From contig OZ024750.1 of the NCBI GenBank assembly GCA_964016885.1, positions 38,626,001-38,690,000 on the forward strand: 64,000 nucleotides of DNA, in the 5' to 3' direction. This DNA is from Eledone cirrhosa. Its lineage: Eukaryota. This document shows, piece by piece, positions 42,701 to 55,869 of this stretch (the first letter of the stretch is position 1; every line of letters begins with the position of its first letter). Made by a program: the position numbers and the translations under genes. The notes beneath the pieces are model-generated. The model had not been told where the DNA came from, did not search any database, and saw nothing but the letters and a program-made list of their open reading frames with translations.

Positions 42701-44559
42701 ACAGGACAGTGTCTAGTAGTGTAGGGACTGGACAGTGTCTAGTAATGTAGGTACAGGACAGTGTCTAGTAATGTAGGTACAGGACAGTGTCTAGTAATGT
42801 AGGTACAGGACAGTGTCTAGTAATGTAGGTACTGGACAGTGTCTAGTAATGTAGGTACTGGACAGTGTCTAGTAGTGTAGGTACTGGACAGTGTCTAGTA
42901 GTGTAGGTACTGGACAGTGTCTAGTAATGTAGGTACTGGACAGTGTCTAGTAGTGTAGGTACAGGACAGTGTCTAGTAATGTAGGTACAGGACAGTGTCT
43001 AGTAATGTAGGTACAGGACAGTGACTAGTAATGTAGGTACAGGACAGTGTCTAGTAATGTAGGTACTTGACAGTGACTAGTAATGTAGGTACAGGATAGT
43101 GACTAGTAATGTAGGTACAGGACAGTGACTAGTAATGTAGGTTCAGGACAGTGTCTAGTAATGTAGGTACTTGACAGTGACTAGTAATGTAGGTACAGGA
43201 CAGTGTCTAGTAATGTAGGTACAGGACAGTGTCTAGTAATATAGGTACAGGACAGTGTCTAGTAGTGTAGGTACAGGTCAGTGTCTAGTAATGTAGGTAC
43301 AGGACAGTGTCTAGTAATGTAGGTACTTGACAGTGACTAGTAATGTAGGTACAGGATAGTGTCTAGTAATGTCGGTACAGGATAGTGTCTAGTAATGTAG
43401 GTACAGGACAGTGTCTAGTAATGTAGGTACAGGACAGTGTCTAGTAATGTAGGTACTGGACAGTGTCTAGTAATGTATGTACAGGACAGTCTCTAGTAAT
43501 GTAGGTACTTGACAGTGACTAGTAATGTAGGTACAGGACAGTGTCTAGTAATGTAGGTACTGGATAGTGACTAGTAATGTAGGTACAGGACAGTGTCTAG
43601 TAATGTAGGTACTGGATAGTGACTAGTAATGTAGGTACAGGACAGTGTCTAGTAATGTAGGTACTTCACAGTGACTAGTAATGTAGGTACAGGACAGTGT
43701 CTAGTAATGTAGGTACTTGACAGTGACTAGTAATGTAGGTACAGGACAGTGACTAGTAATGTAGGTACTTGACAGTGACTAGTAATGTAGGTACAGGACA
43801 GTGTCTAGTAATGTAGGTACTTGACAGTGACTAGTAATGTAGGTACAGGATAGTGTCTAGTAATGTAGGTACAGGACAGTGTCTAGTAATGTAGGTACAG
43901 GACAGTGTCTAGTAATGTAGGTACAGGACATTGTCTAGTAATGTAGGTAGAGGACAGTGTCTAGTAATGTAGGTGCAGGACAGTGTCTAGTAGTGTAGGT
44001 ACAGGACAGTGACTAGTAATGTAGGTAGAGGACAGTGTCTAGTAATGTAGGTACAGGACAGTGTCTAGTAATGTAGGTCCAGGATAGTGTCTAGTAATGT
44101 AGGTACAGGACATTGTCTAGTAATGTAGGTAGAGGACAGTGTCTAGTAATGTAGGTGCAGGACAGTGTCTAGTAGTGTAGGTACAGGACAGTGTCTAGTA
44201 ATGTAGGTACTGGACAGTGACTAGTATGTAGATACAGGACAGTGACTAGTAGTGTAGGTACTGGACAGTGACTAGTAATGTAGGTACAGGACAGTGTCTA
44301 GTAATGTAGGTACAGGACAGTGTCTAGTAATGTAGGTACAGGACATTGTCTAGTAATGTAGGTAGAGGACAGTGTCTAGTAATGTAGGTGCAGGACAGTG
44401 TCTAGTAGTGTAGGTACAGGACAGTGACTAGTAATGTAGGTAGAGGACAGTGTCTAGTAATGTAGGTAGAGGACAGTGTCTAGTAATGTAGGTGCAGGAC
44501 AGTGTCTAGTAGTGTAGGTACAGGACAGTGACTAGTAATGTAGGTGCAGGACAGTGTCT

Positions 44560-45110
44560 AGTAATGTAGGTACTTGACAGTGACTAGTAATGTAGGTACA
44601 GGACAGTGTCTAGTAATGTAGGTACTTGTCAGTGACTAGTAATGTAGGTACTTGACAGTGACTAGTAATGTAGGTACAGGACAGTGTCTAGTAATGTAGG
44701 TACTTGACAGTGACTAGTAATGTAGGTACAGGACAGTGTCTAGTAATGTAGGTACTTGACAGTGACTAGTAATGTAGGTACAGGACAGTGTCTAGTAATG
44801 TAGGTACTTGTCAGTGACTAGTAATGTAGGTACTTGACAGTGACTAGTAATGTAGGTACAGGACAGTGTCTAGTAATGTAGGTACTTGACAGTGACTAGT
44901 AATGTAGGTACAGGACAGTGTCTAGTAATGTAGGTACTTGACAGTGACTAGTAATGTAGGTACAGGACAGTGTCTAGTAATGTAGGTACTTGTCAGTGAC
45001 TAGTAATGTAGGTACTTGACAGTGACTAGTAATGTAGGTACAGGACAGTGTCTAGTAATGTAGGTACTTGACAGTGACTAGTAATGTAGGTACAGGACAG
45101 TGTCTAGTAA
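44560..45110 (+). repeat. 7-monomer (182-bp) higher-order repeat, 3 copies
   Basis: TTGTCAGTGAC variant at 44629/44811/44993, with the same intervening unit order. Confidence 0.9.
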
Positions 45111-48100
45111 TGTAGGTACTAGACAGTGTCTAGTAGTGTAGGTACAGGACAGTGTCTAGTAATGTAGGTACAGGATAGTGTCTAGTAATGTAGGTACTTG
45201 ACAGTGATTAGTAATGTAGGTACAGGACAGTGTCTAGTTATGTAGGTACTGGACAATGTCTAGTATTGTAGGTACAGGACAGTATCTAGTAATGTAGGTA
45301 CAGGACAGTGTCTAGTAATGTAGGTACAGGACAGTGTCTAGTAATGTATGTACAGGACGGTGTCTAGTAATGTAGGTACTTGACAGTGACTAGTAATGTA
45401 GGTACTGGACAGTGACTAGTAGAGTACGTACAGGACAGTGTCTAGTAATGTAGGTACAGGACAGTGTCTAGTAGTGTAGGTACAGGACAGTGACTAGTAA
45501 TGTAGGTACAGGACAGTGTCTAGTAATGTAGGTACAGGACAGTGTCTAGTAGTGTAGGTACAGGACAGTGACTAGTAATGTAGGTACAGGACAGTGTCTA
45601 GTAATGTAGGTACAGGACAGTGTCTAGTAATGTAGGTACAGGACAGTGTCTAGTAGTGTAGGTACAGGACAGTGACTAGTAATGTAGGTACAGGACAGTG
45701 TCTAGTAATGTAGGTACAGGACAGTGTCTAGTAACGTAGGGACTGGACAGTGACTAGTAATGTAGGTACAGGACAGTGTCTAGTAATGTAGGTACAGGAC
45801 AGTGTCTAGTAGTGTAGGTACAGGACAGTGTCTAGTAATGTAGGTACAGGACAGTGTCTAGTAATGTAGGTACAGGACAGTGTCTAGTAATGTAGGTACT
45901 GGACAGTGACTAGTAGAGTACGTACAGGACAGTGTCTAGTAATGTAGGTACAGGACAGTGTCTAGTAGTGTAGGTACAGGACAGTGACTAGTAATGTAGG
46001 TACAGGACAGTGTCTAGTAATGTAGGGACTGGACAGTGACTAGTAATGTAGGTACAGGACAGTGTCTAGTAGAGTAGGTACAGGACAGTGTCTAGTAATG
46101 TAGGTACTGGACAGTGTCTAGTAGTGTAGGTACTGGACAGTGTCTAGTAGTGTAGGTACAGGACAGTGTCTAGTAGTGTAGGTACAGGACAGTGTCTAGT
46201 AATGTAGGGACTGGACAGTGACTAGTAATGTAGGTACAGGACAGTGTCTAGTCGTGTAGGTACAGGACAGTGTCTAGTAATGTAGGTACTTGACAGTGTC
46301 TAGTAGTGTAGGTACAGGACAGTGTCTAGTAGTGTAGGTACTGGACAGTGTCTAGTAGTGTAGGTACAGGACAGTGTCTAGTAATGTAGGGACTGGACAG
46401 TGACTAGTAATGTAGGTACAGGACAGTGTCTAGTAGTGTAGGTACAGGACAGTGTCTAGTAGTGTAGGTACAGGACAGTGACTAGTAATGTAGGTACAGG
46501 ACAGTGTCTAGTAATGTAGGTACAGGACAGTGTCTAGTAGATTAGGTACAGGACAGTGTCTAGTAAGGTAGGTACTTGACAGTGACTAGTAATGTAGGTA
46601 CAGGACAGTGTCTAGTAATGTAGGGACTGGACAGTGACTAGTAATGTAGGTACAGGACAGTGTCTAGTAGAGTAGGTACAGGACAGTGTCTAGTAATGTA
46701 GGTACAGGACAGTGTCTAGTAGTGTAGGTACAGTACAGTGTCTAGTAATGTAGGTACAGGACAGTGACTAGGAATGTAGGTACAGGACAGTGTCTAGTAA
46801 TGTAGGTACTGGACAGTGTCTAGTAATGTAGGTACTGGACAGTGTCTAGTAGTGTAGGTACAGGACAGTGTCTAGTAATGTAGGTACTGGACAGTGTCTA
46901 GTAGTGTAGGTACAGGACAGTGTCTAGTAATGTAGGTACTGGACAGTGTCTAGTAGTGTAGGTACAGGACAGTGTCTCGTAATGTAGGTACAGGACAGTG
47001 TCTAGAAATGTAGGTACTTGACAGTGACTAGTAATGTAGGTACAGGACAGTGTCTAGTAATGTAGGTACAGGACAGTGTCTAGTAATGTAGGTACAGGAC
47101 AGTGACTAGTAATGTAGGTACAGGACAGTGTCTAGTAATGTAGGTACTTGACTGTGACTAGTAATGTAGGTACAGGATAGTGTCTAGTAATGTAGGTACA
47201 GGACAGTGTCTAGTAATGTAGGTACTTGACAGTGACTAGTAATGTAGGTACAGGACAGTGTCTAGTAATATAGGTACAGGACAGTGTCTAGTAATGTAGG
47301 TACAGGACAGTGACTAGTAATGTAGGTACAGGACAGTGTCTAGTAATGTAGGTACTTGACAGTGACTAGTAATGTAGGTACAGGACAGTGTCTATTAATG
47401 TAGGTACAGGACAGTGTCTAGTAATGTAGGTACTTGACAGTGACTAGTAATGTAGGTACAGGTCAGTGTCTAGTAATGTAGGTACAGGACAGTGTCTAGT
47501 AATGTAGGTACAGGACAGTGTCTAGTAATGTAGGTACTGGACAGTGTCTAGTAATGTAGGTACTGGACAGTGTCTAGTAGTGTAGGTACAGGACAGTGTC
47601 TAGTAATGTAGGTACAGGATAGTGTCTAGTAATGTAGGTACAGGATAGTGTCTAGTAATGTAGGTACAGGACAGTGTCTAGTAATGTAGGTACAGGACAG
47701 TGACTAGTAATGTAGGTACAGGACAGTGTCTAGTAATGTAGGTACTGGACAGTGTCTAGTAATGTAGGTACAGGACAGTGTCTAGTAATGTAGGTACTTG
47801 ACAGTGACTAGTAATGTAGGTACAGGACAGTGTCTAGTAATGTAGGTACTGGACAGTGACTAGTAATGTAGGTACAGGACAGTGTCTAGTAATGTAGGTA
47901 CTTGACAGTGACTAGTAATGTAGGTACAGGACAGTGTCTAGTAATGTAGGTACAGGAAAGTGTCTAGTAATGTAGGTACTTGACAGTGACTAGTAATGTA
48001 GGTACAGGATAGTGTCTAGTAATGTAGGTACAGGACAGTGTCTAGTAATGTAGGTATAGGACAGTGTCTAGTAGTGTAGGTACAGGACAGTGACTAGTAA

Positions 48101-51100
48101 TGTAGGTAGAGGACAGTGTCTAGTAATGTATGTACTTGACAGTGACTAGTAATGTAGGTACAGGACAGTGTCTAGTAATGTAGGTCCAGGACAGTGTCTA
48201 GTAATGTAGGTACAGGACAGTGTCTAGTAATGTAGGTACAGGACAGTGTCTAGTAATGTAGGTACTTGACAGTGACTAGTAATGTAGGTACAGGACAGTG
48301 TCTAGTAATGTAGGTACTTGACAGTGACTAGTAATGTAGGTACAGGACAGTGTCTAGTAATGTGGGTACATGACAGTGTCTAGTAATGTAGGTACTTGAC
48401 AGTGACTAGTAATGTAGGTACAGGACAGTGTCTAGTAATGTAGGTACTTGACAGTGACTAGTAATGTAGGTACAGGATAGTGTCTAGTAATGTAGGTACA
48501 GGACAGTGTCTAGTAATGTAGGTACAGGACAGTGTCTAGTAATGTAGGTACTTGACAGTGACTAGTAATGTAGGTACAGGACAGTGTCTAGTAATGTAGG
48601 TACTGTACAGTGTCTAGTAGTGTAGGTACAGGACAGTTCTAGTAATGTAGGTACAGGACAGTGTCTAGTAATGTAGGTACAGGACAGTGTCTAGTAATGT
48701 AGGTACAGGACAGTGTCTAGTAATGTAGGTACTTGACAGTGACTAGTAATGTAGGTACAGGACAGTGTCTAGTAATGTAGGTACAGGAGAGTGTCTAGTA
48801 ATGTAGGCATAGGCCAGTATCTAGTAATGTAGGTACAGGACAGTGTCTAGTAATGTAGGTACAGGACAGTTTCTAGTAGTGTAGGTACAGGACAGTGTCT
48901 AGTAGTGTAGGTACAGGACAGTGTCTAGTAATGTAGGTACAGGACAGTGTCTAGTAGTGTAGGTACTTGACAGTGACTAGTAATGTAGGTACAGGACAGT
49001 GTCTAGTAATGTATGTACTGGACAGTGTCTAGTAGTGTAGGTACAGGACAGTGACTAGTAATGTAGGTACAGGACAGTGTCTAGTAATGTAGGTACAGGA
49101 CAGTGTCTAGTAATGTAGGTACTTGACAGTGTCTAGTAATGTAGGTACAGGACAGTGTCTAGTAATGTAGGTACTGGACAGTGTCTAGTAGTGTAGGTAC
49201 AGGACAGTGTGTAGTAATGTAGGTACTTGACAGTGACTAGTAATGTAGGTACAGCACAGTGTCTAGTAGTGTAGGTACTGGACAGTGTCTAGTAATGTAG
49301 GTACAGGACAGTGTCTAGTAATGTAGATACTTCACAGTGACTAGTAATGTAGGTACAGGACAGTGTCTAGTAATGTAGGTACTGGACAGTGTCTAGTAGT
49401 GTAGGTACAGGACAGTGTCTAGTAATGTAGGTACTGGACAGTGTCTAGTAGTGTAGGTACAGGACAGTGACTAGTAATGTAGGTACAGGACAGTGTCTAG
49501 TAATGTAGGTACTTGACAGTAACTAGTAATGTAGGTACAGGACAGTGTCTAGTAGTGTAGGTACAGGACAGTGTCTAGTAATGTAGGTACTTCACAGTGA
49601 CTAGTAATGTAGGTACAGGACAGTGTCTAGTAATGTAGGTACAGGACAGTGTCTAGTAATGTAGGTACTTGACAGTGACTAGTAATGTAGGTACAGGACA
49701 GTGTCTAGTAATGTATGTACAGGACAGTGTCTAGTAATGTAGGTACAGGACAGTGTCTAGTAATGTAGGTACAGGACAGTGTCTAGTAGTGTAGGTACAG
49801 GACAGTGTCTAGTAATGTAGGTACAGGATAGTGTCTAGTAATGTAGGTACTTGACAGTGACTAGTAATGTAGGTACAGGACAGTGTCTAGTAATGTAGGT
49901 ACAGGACACTGTCTAGTAATGTAGGTACTTGACAGTGACTAGTAATGTAGGTACAGGACAGTGTCTAGTAATGTAGGTACTTGACAGTGACTAGTAATGT
50001 AGGTACAGGACAGTGTCTAGTAATGTAGGTACAGGACAGTGTATAGTAGTGTAGGTACAGGACAGTGTCTAGTAATGTAGGTACAGGATAGTGTCTAGTA
50101 ATGTAGGTACTTGACAGTGACTAGTAATGTAAGTACAGGACAGTGTCTAGTAATGTAGGTACTGGACAGTGTCTAGTAGTGTAGGTACAGGACAGTGTCT
50201 AGTAATGTAGGTACAGGACAGTGTCTAGTAATGTAGGTACAGGACAGTGTCTAGTAATGTAGGTACAGGACAGTGTCTAGTAATGTAGGTACTTGACATT
50301 GACTAGTATTGTAGGTACAGGACAGTGTCTAGTAATGTAGGTACAGGACAGTGTCTAGTAATGTAGGTATAGGCCAGTGTCTAGTAATGTAGGTACAGGA
50401 CAGTGTCTAGTAATGTAGGTACAGGACAGTGTCTAGTAGTGTAGGTACAGGACAGTGTCTAGTAGTGTAGGTACAGGACAGTGTCTAGTAATGTAGGTAC
50501 AGGACAGTGTCTAGTAGTATAGGTACTTGACAGTGACTAGTAATGTAGGTACAGGACAGTGTCTAGTAATGTATGTACTGGACAGTGTCTAGTAGTGTAG
50601 GTACAGCACAGTGACTAGTAATGTAGGTACAGGACAGTGTCTAGTAATGTAGGTACAGGACAGTGTCTAGTAATGTTGGTACTTGACAGTGTCTAGTAAT
50701 GTAGGTACTTGACAGTGACTAGTAATGTAGGTACAGCACAGTGTCTAGTAGTGTAGGTACTGGACAGTGTCTAGTAGTGTAGGTACAGGACAGTGTCTAG
50801 TAATGTAGGTACTTCACAGTGACTAGTAATGTAGGTACAGGACAGTGTCTAGTAATGTAGGTACTGGACAGTGTCTAGTAGTGTAGGTACAGGACAGTGT
50901 CTAGTAATGTAGGTACTGGACAGTGTCTAGTAGTGTAGGTACAGGACAGTGACTAGTAATGTAGTTACAGGACAGTGTCTAGTAATGTAGGTACTTGACA
51001 GTAACTAGTAATGTAGGTACAGGACAGTGTCTAGTAATGTAGGTACAGGACAGTGTCTAGTAGTGTAGGTACAGGACAGTGTCTAGTAGTGTAGGTACAG

Positions 51101-53439
51101 GACAGTGTCTAGTAGTGTAGGTACTGGACAGTGTCTAGTAGTGTAGGTACAGGACAGTGTCTAGTAATGTAGGTACTGGACAGTGACTAGTAATGTAGGT
51201 ACAGGACAGTGTCTAGTAATGTAAGTACAGGACAGTGTCTAGTAGTGTAGGTACTTGACAGTGACTAGTAATGTAGGTACAGGTCAGTGTCTAGTAATGT
51301 AGGTACAGGACAGTGTCTAGTAATGTAGGTACTTGACAGTGACTAGTAATGTAGATACAGGTCAGTGTCTAGTAATGTAGGTACAGGACAGTGTCTAGTA
51401 ATGTAGGTACAGGACAGTGTCTGGTAATGTAGGTACTGGACAGTGTCTAGTAATGTAGGTACTGGACAGTGTCTAGTAGTGTAGGTACAGGACAGTGTCT
51501 AGTAATGTAGGTACAGGATAGTATCTAGTAATGTAGGTACAGGATAGTGTCTAGTAATGTAGGTACAGGACAGTGTCTAGTAATGTAGGTACTGGACAGT
51601 GTCTAGTAATGTAGGTACAAGACAGTGTCTAGTAATGTAGGTACTTGACAGTGACTAGTAATGTAGGTACTGGACAGTGACTAGTAATGTAGGTACAGGA
51701 CAGTGTCTAGTAATGTAGGTACTTGACAGTGACTAGTAATGTAGGTACAGGACAGTGGCTAGTAATGTAGGTACTTCACAGTGACTAGTAATGTAGGTAC
51801 AGGACAGTAACTAGTAATGTAGGTACTTGACAGTGACTAGTAATGTAGGTACAGGACAGTGTCTAGTAATGTAGGTACGTGACAGTGACTAGTAATGTAG
51901 GTACAGGATAGTGTCTAGTAATGTAGGTACAGGACAGTGTCTAGTAATGTAGGTACAGGACAGTGTCTAGTAATGTAGGTACAGGACAGTGTCTAGTAAT
52001 GTAGGTATAGGACAGTGTCTAGTAGTGTAGGTACAGGACAGTGACTAGTAATGTAGGTAGAGGACAGTGTCTAGTAATGTAGGTACAGGACAGTGTCTAG
52101 TAATGTAGGTACAGGACAGTGTCTAGTAATGTAGGTACTTGTCAGTGACTAGTAATGTATGTACAGGATAGTGTCTAGTAATGTAGGTACAGGACAGTGT
52201 CTAGTAATGTAGGTACTTGACAGTGACTAGTAATGTAGGTACAGGACAGTGTCTAGTAATGTAGGTACTTGACAGTGACTAGTAATGTAGGTACAGGATA
52301 GTGTCTAGTAATTTAGGTACAGGACAGTGTCTAGTAATGTAGGTACTTGACAGTGACTAGTAATGTAGGTACAGGACAGTGTCTAGTAATGTAGGTACAG
52401 GACAGTGTATAGTAGTGTAGGTACAGGACAGTGTCTAGTAATGTAGGTACAGGATAGTGTCTAGTAATGTAGGTATAGGCCAGTGTCTAGTAATGTAGGT
52501 ACAGGACAGTGTCTAGTAATGTAGGTACAGGACAGTGTCTAGTAGTGTAGGTACAGGACAGTGTCTAGTAGTGTAGGTACAGGACAGTGTCTAGTAATGT
52601 AGGTACAGGACAGTGTCTAGTAGTGTAGGTACTTGACAGTGACTAGTAATGTAGGTACAGGACAGTGTCTAGTAATGTATGTACTGGACAGTGTCTAGTA
52701 GTGTAGGTACAGGACAGTGACTAGTAATGTAGGTACAGGACAGTGTCTAGTAATGTAGGTACAGGACAGTGTCTAGTAATGTAGGTACTTGACAGTGTCT
52801 AGTAATGTAGGTACTTGACAGTGACTAGTAATGTAGGTACAGCACAGTGTCTAGTAGTGTAGGTACTGGACAGTGTCTAGTAGTGTAGGTACAGGACAGT
52901 GTCTAGTAATGTAGGTACTTCACAGTGACTAGTAATGTAGGTACAGGACAGTGTCTAGTAATGTAGGTACTGGACAGTGTCTAGTAGTGTAGGTACAGGA
53001 CAGTGTCTAGTAATGTAGGTACTGGACAGTGTCTAGTAGTGTAGGTACAGGACAGTGACTAGTAATGTAGGTACAGGACAGTGTCTAGTAATGTAGGTAC
53101 TTGACAGTAACTAGTAATGTAGGTACAGGACAGTGTCTAGTAATGTAGGTACAGGACAGTGTCTAGTAGTGTAGGTACAGGACAGTGTCTAGTAGTGTAG
53201 GTACAGGACAGTGTCTAGTAATGTAAGTACAGGACAGTGTCTAGTAGTGTAGGTACTTGACAGTGACTAGTAATGTAGGTACAGGTCAGTGTCTAGTAAT
53301 GTAGGTACAGGACAGTGTCTAGTAATGTAGGTACTTGACAGTGACTAGTAATGTAGGTACAGGACAGTGTCTAGTAATGTAGGTACTGGACAGTGTCTAG
53401 TAATGTAGGTACTGGACAGTGTCTAGTAGTGTAGGTACA

Positions 53440-54345
53440 GGACAGTGTCTAGTAATGTAGGTACAGGATAGTGTCTAGTAATGTAGGTACAGGATAGTGT
53501 CTAGTAATGTAGGTACAGGACAGTATCTAGTAATGTAGGTACAGGATAGTGTCTAGTAATGTAGGTACAGGATAGTGTCTAGTAATGTAGGTACAGGACA
53601 TTGTCTAGTAATGTAGGTACAGGATAGTGTCTAGTAATGTAGGTACAGGATAGTGTCTAGTAATGTAGGTACAGGACATTGTCTAGTAATGTAGGTACAG
53701 GATAGTGTCTAGTAATGTAGGTACAGGATAGTGTCTAGTAGTGTAGGTACAGGACAGTGTCTAGTAATGTAGGTACAGGATAGTGTCTAGTAATGTAGGT
53801 ACAGGATAGTGTCTAGTAATGTAGGTACAGGACATTGTCTAGTAATGTAGGTACAGGATAGTGTCTAGTAATGTAGGTACAGGATAGTGTCTAGTAATGT
53901 AGGTACAGGACATTGTCTAGTAATGTAGGTACAGGATAGTGTCTAGTAATGTAGGTACAGGATAGTGTCTAGTAGTGTAGGTACAGGACAGTGTCTAGTA
54001 ATGTAGGTACAGGATAGTGTCTAGTAATGTAGGTACAGGATAGTGTCTAGTAATGTAGGTACAGGACATTGTCTAGTAATGTAGGTACAGGATAGTGTCT
54101 AGTAATGTAGGTACAGGATAGTGTCTAGTAATGTAGGTACAGGACATTGTCTAGTAATGTAGGTACAGGATAGTGTCTAGTAATGTAGGTACAGGATAGT
54201 GTCTAGTAGTGTAGGTACAGGACAGTGTCTAGTAATGTAGGTACAGGATAGTGTCTAGTAATGTAGGTACAGGATAGTGTCTAGTAATGTAGGTACAGGA
54301 CATTGTCTAGTAATGTAGGTACAGGACAGTATCTAGTAATGTAGG
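53440..54345 (+). repeat. Nested higher-order repeat: 78-bp trimers inside 234-bp 9-mers (about 3.3 copies)
   Basis: Unit order is GGATAG, GGATAG, X. X = GGACATT at 53596, 53674, 53830, 53908, 54064, 54142, 54298. X = consensus at 53752, 53986, 54220. Confidence 0.9.
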
Positions 54346-55219
54346 TACTGGACAGTGTCTAGTAATGTAGGTACAAGACAGTGTCTAGTAATGTAGGTAC
54401 TTGACAGTGACTAGTAATGTAGGTACAGGACAGTGTCTAGTAATGTAGGTACTGGACAGTGTCTAGTAATGTAGGTACAAGACAGTGTCTAGTAATGTAG
54501 GTACTTGACAGTGACTAGTAATGTAGGTACAGGACAGTGTCTAGTAATGTAGGTACTGGACAGTGACTAGTAATGTAGGTACAGGACAGTGTCTAGTAAT
54601 GTAGGTACTTGACAGTGACTAGTAATGTAGGTACAGGACAGTGTCTAGTAATGTAGGTACTTGACAGTGACTAGTAATGTAGGTACAGGACAGTAACTAG
54701 TAATGTAGGTACTTGACAGTGACTAGTAATGTAGGTACAGGACAGTGTCTAGTAATGTAGGTACTTGACAGTGACTAGTAATGTAGGTACAGGATAGTGT
54801 CTAGTAATGTAGGTACAGGACAGTGTCTAGTAATGTAGGTACAGGACAGTGTCTAGTAATGTAGGTACAGGACAGTGTCTAGTAATCTAGGTATAGGACA
54901 GTGTCTAGTAGTGTAGGTACAGGACAGTGACTAGTAATGTAGGTAGAGGACAGTGTCTAGTAATGTAGGTACAGGACAGTGTCTAGTAATGTAGGTACAG
55001 GACAGTGTCTAGTAATGTAGGTACTTGTCAGTGACTAGTAATGTATGTACAGGATAGTGTCTAGTAATGTAGGTACAGGACAGTGTCTAGTAATGTAGGT
55101 ACAGGACAGTGTCTAGTAGTGTAGGTACAGGACAGTGACTAGTAATGTAGGTACAGGACAGTGTCTAGTAATGTAGGTACTTGACAGTGACTAGTAATGT
55201 AGGTACAGGACAGTGTCTA

Positions 55220-55850
55220 GTAATGTAGGTACTTGACAGTGACTAGTAATGTAGGTACAGGATAGTGTCTAGTAATGTAGGTACAGGACAGTGTCTAGTA
55301 ATGTAGGTACTTGACAGTGACTAGTAATGTAGGTACAGGACAGTGTCTAGTAATGTAGGTACTAGACAGTGTCTAGTAGTGTAGGTACAGGACAGTGTCT
55401 AGTAATATAGGTACAGGATAGTGTCTAGTAATGTAGGTACTTGACAGTGACTAGTAGTGTAGGTACAGGACAGTGTCTAGTAATGTAGGTACTGGACAGT
55501 GTCTAGTAATGTAGGTACAGGACAGTGTCTAGTAATGTAGGTACAGGACAGTGTCTAGTAATGTAGGTACTTGACAGTGACTAGTAATGTAGGTACTGGA
55601 CAGTGACTAGTAATGTAGGTACAGGATAGTGTCTAGTAATGTAGGTACAGGACAGTGTCTAGTAATGTAGGTACTTGACAGTGACTAGTAATGTAGGTAC
55701 AGGACAGTGTCTAGTAATGTAGGTACTAGACAGTGTCTAGTAGTGTAGGTACAGGACAGTGTCTAGTAATATAGGTACAGGATAGTGTCTAGTAATGTAG
55801 GTACTTGACAGTGACTAGTAGTGTAGGTACAGGACAGTGTCTAGTAATGT
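55220..55850 (+). repeat. 14-monomer (364-bp) duplication
   Basis: TACTAGAC at 55364/55728, each followed by AATATAGG-GGATAG. Confidence 0.75.
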
Positions 55851-55869
55851 AGGTACAGGACAGTGTCTA

